A stretch of 64,000 bases of DNA from a virus (taxonomy: Duplodnaviria; Caudoviricetes), in IMG/VR virus record IMGVR_UViG_3300033066_001283, positions 64,001-128,000 of that record; one strand, written 5' to 3'. The translations under genes and the position numbers were made by a program. This document shows, piece by piece, positions 59,704-64,000 of the stretch. The notes under the pieces were generated by a model. That model had not been told where the DNA came from, searched no databases, and was given only the letters and a program-made list of their open reading frames with translations. Every line of letters begins with the position of its first letter. The stretch's first letter is position 1.

Positions 59704-59737
59704 TCTCACAACGTTTGTTACCGTAGGAGGTAATATA

Positions 59738-59899
59738 GTGAATAGAAGAACAAAACTCATCATCGTTAGTGCTATCATAGTAGCACTATGCCTGCTGGAT
59801 GCAGCAGGTGTCTGCATCACTGACCCTCGCTTTGAGGCGGGGAAGCAGGATAGGGCTCAAGCAGCCCGCATTCTTGAGGAAGCAAGCACAACACATTGA
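59738..59899 (+). CDS. Small membrane protein (53 aa)
   Basis: Not in the track; GTG behind AGGAGGT; MNRRTKLIIVSAIIVALCLLDAAGVCITDPRFEAGKQDRAQAARILEEASTTH*. Confidence 0.65.
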   Translation: MNRRTKLIIVSAIIVALCLLDAAGVCITDPRFEAGKQDRAQAARILEEASTTH

Positions 59900-59907
59900 T
59901 TGCTTGT

Positions 59908-59956
59908 GGTGAACAGTGCCTAACTGCATGGTGTGTAAATCACCTAATTGTAGGAG
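59908..59956 (+). ncRNA. Unclassified two-hairpin intergenic motif (copy B)
   Basis: Near-identical to copy A; CAG/TGCCTAA/CTG, GGTG/CACC, TGTAGGAG. Confidence 0.55.
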
Positions 59957-59963
59957 TAATAAA

Positions 59964-60407
59964 ATGAAAACATTAGTAGTAGCAGTGTGGGCGTGGCTTT
60001 CGGCCAAGTACCAAGGTCTTGTCTATGGCAGGACTGAGAAGTGTGAGTGGTGCGGGGAGCCGTGCGTTCCCAACGCTCACCATATGTGTGTGCACTGCCT
60101 TGAACAGGAGTTTGGCACTCCTGAAGACTGGCAGGCAGAGTGGGAAGAGGACTCGCTTCGACAGAAGATCGAGGACGTTCTGGATCCTGAAGAGTTGGAG
60201 CATTCTAATACTCAGGATCAAGGAGAGGGATGGGGAGTCCACACCTGCTGCAAGTGTGGTGGAAAGACTCATCCTGATGGTCCTGCATCTGTGTGGGATC
60301 CTTTCACCGATGAGACTTGGTGTGAGGATTGCTGGTATAAGGAGAATCCTCCCAGCGAACAGCTCATAAAGAGTCTGCCGAAGTGTGAGGTAGACTTCGA
60401 AGACTAA
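59964..60407 (+). CDS. Acidic protein with two C4 zinc-finger-like units
   Basis: Start reassigned to ATG 59964 behind AGGAG; CEWC...CVHC and CCKC...CEDC. Confidence 0.7.
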   Translation: MKTLVVAVWAWLSAKYQGLVYGRTEKCEWCGEPCVPNAHHMCVHCLEQEFGTPEDWQAEWEEDSLRQKIEDVLDPEELEHSNTQDQGEGWGVHTCCKCGGKTHPDGPASVWDPFTDETWCEDCWYKENPPSEQLIKSLPKCEVDFED

Positions 60408-60416
60408 TGAGTATAT

Positions 60417-60463
60417 GGTGGACGTGCCTAACGTAGCAGAAGGATTATCTGCATTTGTAGGAG
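60417..60463 (+). ncRNA. Unclassified two-hairpin intergenic motif (copy C, divergent)
   Basis: GGTGG-ACG/TGCCTAA/CGT-A-GCAGA/AGGATTA/TCTGC-ATT-TGTAGGAG; both stems differ from A/B yet still pair. Confidence 0.55.
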
Positions 60464-60473
60464 TAGTAAGAAC

Positions 60474-61832
60474 ATGAAACTGTTAAGTTTAGAACAAGTG
60501 TGGAAGATGCGGACGAAGCATCAGTTGGAGTGGTTGAACTCAATCCCTGACCTGAAGACGAAGAAGTGTCAGCGTGTTGTTGTAAGAGGAAACAAGACGA
60601 TTTCAATCGTCGTGACCATGGGATTCCGAGATTCGGAATCAAAGGTCCGTCTATTCAAGATCGAACACAGATTTAAGATTGATGGTACCTACCTTGGCTC
60701 GTACTTTGAAGGAATAGATCCTTCTGCCTTCACGCGTCAGGTTCTGAGGCTGGTGAGATTATCACTCCCAGGGTTGCACTCAAAAGTGCAACATGGGTAT
60801 GTTATGGATAAACTCTGCCACCCATTCGATCTAGCGGATTTTTCCAAGGAAATTGGTATCAGCGCCTGCCCGTGGGGTGTTAAGACCGTTCTGCTGTGGC
60901 AGGATCTTGGATTCTATACTAGGTATAGTGTCAATGATCTCTACCTTCCAGTTAAACATGGATTGTTACGCAATCTAAAACGAGAAGATCATGGAGGATT
61001 AGAGTACATGATGCGAAAGGGAGGCAAGTATATTCGCTCCCTAGGAAAACAAGGAAGTATTATGGTATGGAGAGCTGTAACAGCAATGGATGCTGCTAGA
61101 ATCTCTCCCGGCCTCCCCTTCCGAGTGGCCACAATGTGGTTAACTGTAGTAAGCCATAGACGGAACGAAGAATCTCTCCCAATATGGGCAAGGTTTATCT
61201 TCCTTCACTGGGAGCAGAACTACAGAGCCATTCTTCGTAGAACGAAGAATGCAGCTGGAGTGCATCGCTCACGAGATATAGATGCAGTGCTCAATGATCT
61301 GTATGATTACTTGGGTGCACATTACGAAGAAGCTCTACCAGATGCTGCATTCGAGGTCTTGTTCCAAAGATCAGAAGCGTGGCATCGCGTGTTAAGAGAG
61401 AATCGGCGTGCTCTTAATGATATAGACTATGGTCCAAATCTTGAGAAGGACACTGCTCTTCCTTGGAATGGATTGGAAGGAACATTCTCTATTGGCGAAT
61501 TCGAGTTTACTCGAATTACAACGTATGGAGATCTCTTGGATGAGGGCGACATTATGCGGCATTGTGTAGCTACATATGTCAGGTATTGTCTAACAGGCAA
61601 TACATCCATTTGGAGTATGAGACTCAAGGTACTAAAGGGCAAGAAATGTATGCGTGTTGCCACACTTGAAGTAGCGCATGCAGGAGTGTCTGAGTTGCGA
61701 CAGGCTCGAACTGCCTGTAATGGCTCACTAAACGACGAACAAAGAGCCGCAACCAGAGCCTTTGTATCCTGGCTTAACAATCAACCACTTAGTGTGGGTG
61801 AGAGACTTAGAGCATTGAATGAGGTAAACTAA
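60474..61832 (+). CDS. PcfJ-like domain protein
   Basis: C-terminal ITTYGDLLDEGDIMRHCVATY...GNTSIWSMR...VATLEV...QAR..CN matches the PcfJ-like pattern. Confidence 0.75.
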   Translation: MKLLSLEQVWKMRTKHQLEWLNSIPDLKTKKCQRVVVRGNKTISIVVTMGFRDSESKVRLFKIEHRFKIDGTYLGSYFEGIDPSAFTRQVLRLVRLSLPGLHSKVQHGYVMDKLCHPFDLADFSKEIGISACPWGVKTVLLWQDLGFYTRYSVNDLYLPVKHGLLRNLKREDHGGLEYMMRKGGKYIRSLGKQGSIMVWRAVTAMDAARISPGLPFRVATMWLTVVSHRRNEESLPIWARFIFLHWEQNYRAILRRTKNAAGVHRSRDIDAVLNDLYDYLGAHYEEALPDAAFEVLFQRSEAWHRVLRENRRALNDIDYGPNLEKDTALPWNGLEGTFSIGEFEFTRITTYGDLLDEGDIMRHCVATYVRYCLTGNTSIWSMRLKVLKGKKCMRVATLEVAHAGVSELRQARTACNGSLNDEQRAATRAFVSWLNNQPLSVGERLRALNEVN

Positions 61833-62161
61833 TGAACAAGAATAAGAAGCTCCAGATGGAGCGGATCATCGCTGAGGTACGAGCAAACAAAGTGCTCGTT
61901 ATTGATGTCAAGGACTTTGAAGCCTATCGAGGTGTTGTCCGCCTTGGTACCCTCAAGGCGAGGGAAGCAAAGAGGGAGTGGAAAGCTCCCAAGTTGATTG
62001 TCAAAGCTCAGACAGCTGATCCTGAAGTTCTCAGGAAGTTGGCTGACAGAGGAGCTAGCAGAATTATCTGCTCAGTTCCCAAGAACAAGAAACGAGAGAT
62101 CATCCAGTCTCTCGTCAAGAACCCTGCACGATGTTGGGTGCAGGTAATGGAGGTAAAATAA
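61832..62161 (+). CDS. Basic hypothetical protein
   Basis: 109 aa, TAATG coupling, SD GAGGT. Confidence 0.65.
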   Translation: MNKNKKLQMERIIAEVRANKVLVIDVKDFEAYRGVVRLGTLKAREAKREWKAPKLIVKAQTADPEVLRKLADRGASRIICSVPKNKKREIIQSLVKNPARCWVQVMEVK

Positions 62162-62427
62162 TGCCACTACTCATTCAAGTGTTCAGGAAGGGGCAGAATG
62201 AGCCCCTTGCCTTGCAGGATGTTGATATGGAGGTGAGAAATCACTTCCAATATCACAAGGACCAAGAGACAAAGTTTATTTGTAGTTGGCCCTCAACTCT
62301 CACATATAGGCTTGCATTCAAGCCTATGGATGAGGTACTATCTGATCTAAGAGCAGACGGATTAGTCACAGTCGCTGAGGTATGTGAGTATATCAGCGAT
62401 AATTATGACATCAGAGTATGGAGGTAA
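62161..62427 (+). CDS. Hypothetical protein
   Basis: Start reassigned to ATG 62161 behind GGAGGT. Confidence 0.65.
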   Translation: MPLLIQVFRKGQNEPLALQDVDMEVRNHFQYHKDQETKFICSWPSTLTYRLAFKPMDEVLSDLRADGLVTVAEVCEYISDNYDIRVWR

Positions 62428-62430
62428 ATC

Positions 62431-62748
62431 ATGTGGAAATTGATCAGGATTGAGCTAGGTAGTCGAAAGACTGTCCTGCTCAAGAAGCAGTTCGCTACTG
62501 AGAGAGATGCTCAGAAGCATGCCAATCGACTCAATGGTATGTATGCCCATCGCTATGGTGATGGGTTCTACCATGTACAACTCCTATCCCCTTCTCAGTG
62601 GAGAGAGCCACAAGTGGTGAAGACCAAGTGGTTCATCGGAGATAAGACAGGGCAGATAATCGCCTCATTTGATCAGGAAGAGAAAGCTACCCAGTTCTTA
62701 GATGATAACTGGGAACAGGACTGGACCAAATGGCAGGGCCCAGCCTAG
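62431..62748 (+). CDS. Hypothetical protein
   Basis: 105 aa, SD GGAGGT. Confidence 0.65.
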   Translation: MWKLIRIELGSRKTVLLKKQFATERDAQKHANRLNGMYAHRYGDGFYHVQLLSPSQWREPQVVKTKWFIGDKTGQIIASFDQEEKATQFLDDNWEQDWTKWQGPA

Positions 62749-62849
62749 CATCACTGTTCTATTCCCCTACTGGATTAGCCTCCGGTAGGGGAACGCCTGC
62801 CGTGGATTGCCGCCTAGGTGGTGATACCAAGTTGTAGGAGATTACAAAT

Positions 62850-63089
62850 ATGAAACAGCCTATCGTAATTACAGCAGAGCGCAAAGCCGAACTGAAGAGG
62901 ATTGTCAAGCGGGCAATCGAGACCGGAGCTACGAGCTTCACCGTGAACAGCCCAGCAGAATGGACGTTCTGCGTGCGTGCTATCCAACACGAGCGGTCTA
63001 AGGGGCAGTACATCCCCAATAAGCAGATCCTTACCCGGACACAGCTCCGGGATGACGCGCTCGAAGACTTCGATTACAATCCAAGCTAG
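62850..63089 (+). CDS. Hypothetical protein
   Basis: 79 aa, SD AGGAG. Confidence 0.65.
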   Translation: MKQPIVITAERKAELKRIVKRAIETGATSFTVNSPAEWTFCVRAIQHERSKGQYIPNKQILTRTQLRDDALEDFDYNPS

Positions 63090-63098
63090 TGCGTGTTC

Positions 63099-63131
63099 GG
63101 GGCCAACCTAACGGTTGGCCCCCCTTTTCTT
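63099..63131 (+). terminator. Intrinsic terminator
   Basis: 10-bp stem GGGGCCAACC-TAAC-GGTTGGCCCC followed by CCTTTTCTT. Confidence 0.8.
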
Positions 63132-63261
63132 GTGGCCTAACAAACCTCCGGTAGACTGCCTGTTTGGTAGTTTTGGGGCTAATTACGCTCTTGTGTGGTG
63201 TTGCCACATTGGGCACGGCCTGAGGTTTGGGGTGTTAGTGCCCCCATTGTAGGAAGGTAAT

Positions 63262-63609
63262 ATGCTGAAAATTATCAAGAATCGACGTGTGCGTACAGCA
63301 CCAGTGACCAAGCCCGTAAAGCTTACCACTACAGACGAGTTTGATGCTCTAATGAGCAGACTTGAGGAGCTTTCTAAGCAACTTGTTATGCCTGCTTCCC
63401 CGAAGAACCTCACTCCTGAAGATATCAGGGAAGGGACTAAGAAGATGATGATCGGAACTCTGTTCATTACAGAGATGGAAGGCAATACGCAGGAAGAGCA
63501 GATTGCCATGTTCATCAGAATTCGCTCTCAGCTAGTTCCGTATGAGCTTGACTGGTTCAGGCTCGGAGCTGAGGCGATCATGGAATACAGACGGCTATGT
63601 TCGGCCTAG
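63262..63609 (+). CDS. Hypothetical protein
   Basis: 115 aa, SD AGGAAGGT. Confidence 0.65.
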   Translation: MLKIIKNRRVRTAPVTKPVKLTTTDEFDALMSRLEELSKQLVMPASPKNLTPEDIREGTKKMMIGTLFITEMEGNTQEEQIAMFIRIRSQLVPYELDWFRLGAEAIMEYRRLCSA

Positions 63610-63794
63610 GACGACCTGTAGACAGACGTGGAGAGTATTCACGTCCACTGACAATCAAAGAATGTGAAGAACTGATGGCATTCTTTGAGTTGGCTCTACA
63701 GCAAACTGGCATGCCACAGTTCTGGTATGCCCTTGCCAAGAAGAAGAGGGATGAGGTTATAGAGGCCTACTCCCACTTAATGGAGGCACAATGA
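63597..63794 (+). CDS. Hypothetical protein
   Basis: 65 aa, overlapping both neighbours in operon fashion. Confidence 0.55.
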   Translation: MFGLGRPVDRRGEYSRPLTIKECEELMAFFELALQQTGMPQFWYALAKKKRDEVIEAYSHLMEAQ

Positions 63795-64000
63795 GTAGTG
63801 CAAGTCTACGAAAGACCATTAAAGAGCAGGGAACTATCTCTGTCTCTGAACTAGCGAAGGCTCAGCTTGAGAAGTTCAACGCTGAGCGAATCGGCTACAT
63901 AAGGGCCGCTAAAGAGGTCCTTAAGAAAGACAGGTATTCTGAGATTTCTCAGAATGTTGAAGTAACAGTCGATGGCGAAGGACTGTTGCTAACTTTGAAG
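63791..64000 (+). CDS. Hypothetical protein (partial, runs off the window)
   Basis: ATGA overlap, SD GGAGG; MSSASLRKTIKEQGTISVSELAK... is open to the end. Confidence 0.6.
   Translation, partial: MSSASLRKTIKEQGTISVSELAKAQLEKFNAERIGYIRAAKEVLKKDRYSEISQNVEVTVDGEGLLLTLK

Noticed and set aside
58878-60463. CRISPR array from the recurring repeats
   Set aside because: The repeats are 47-77 bp and separated by whole ORFs of 160-450 bp rather than 30-40 bp spacers; no cas operon is present.
59309-60463. HDV-like, twister or pistol ribozyme assignment for the TGCCTAA motif
   Set aside because: There is no room for an HDV P1 3' strand after the first hairpin and the loop is not UYCHCGY; the twister and pistol helix order and cores could not be fitted by eye.
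63134-63242. tRNA gene
   Set aside because: It is branched, but has no TTC T-loop, no 7-nt anticodon loop and no acceptor-stem geometry.
58460-63515. Minus-strand ORFs in the early region and the alternate-frame ORF 60019-60369
   Set aside because: They overlap plus-strand genes with strong SD sites and run through the repeated RNA elements.

Overview
This window is part of a large, AT-rich contractile-tailed (myovirus-type) phage genome with two sharply different zones. (1) Bases 1 to ~58,400, minus strand: a long late/virion region. Reading from the right it holds a GIY-YIG endonuclease, a 1069-aa protein with an RNA polymerase beta'-type DFDGD motif, Gly/Ala-rich proteins, terminase large subunit (with an intein), portal, holin-like genes, prohead protease, decoration and major capsid proteins, and neck genes. 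These are followed by two sheath and three tube paralogues, tail chaperones, a 3178-aa tape-measure-position protein with three inteins and a Cas4-like nuclease domain, a metallophosphoesterase, a 1473-aa protein with a DEDDh exonuclease domain, a 2710-aa baseplate-hub-like protein, GH108 and CHAP hydrolases, a gp25-like wedge, and an intein-containing glycosyltransferase cut by the window edge. (2) ~58,440 to 64,000, plus strand, visibly GC-richer: small early-type genes separated by modular intergenic elements. Two of these are identical type II hammerhead ribozymes (58878-58944, 59637-59703). Three others are copies of an unrecognised two-hairpin motif with compensatory base changes (59309, 59908, 60417) that sits in the same kind of position. 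The ribozyme-punctuated gene array is the most striking system: it could excise a circularisable 759-nt RNA and may contain a new functional RNA class. The atypical single-chain RNA polymerase candidate ranks next. All protein calls come from motifs and synteny read by eye; no database searches were run.
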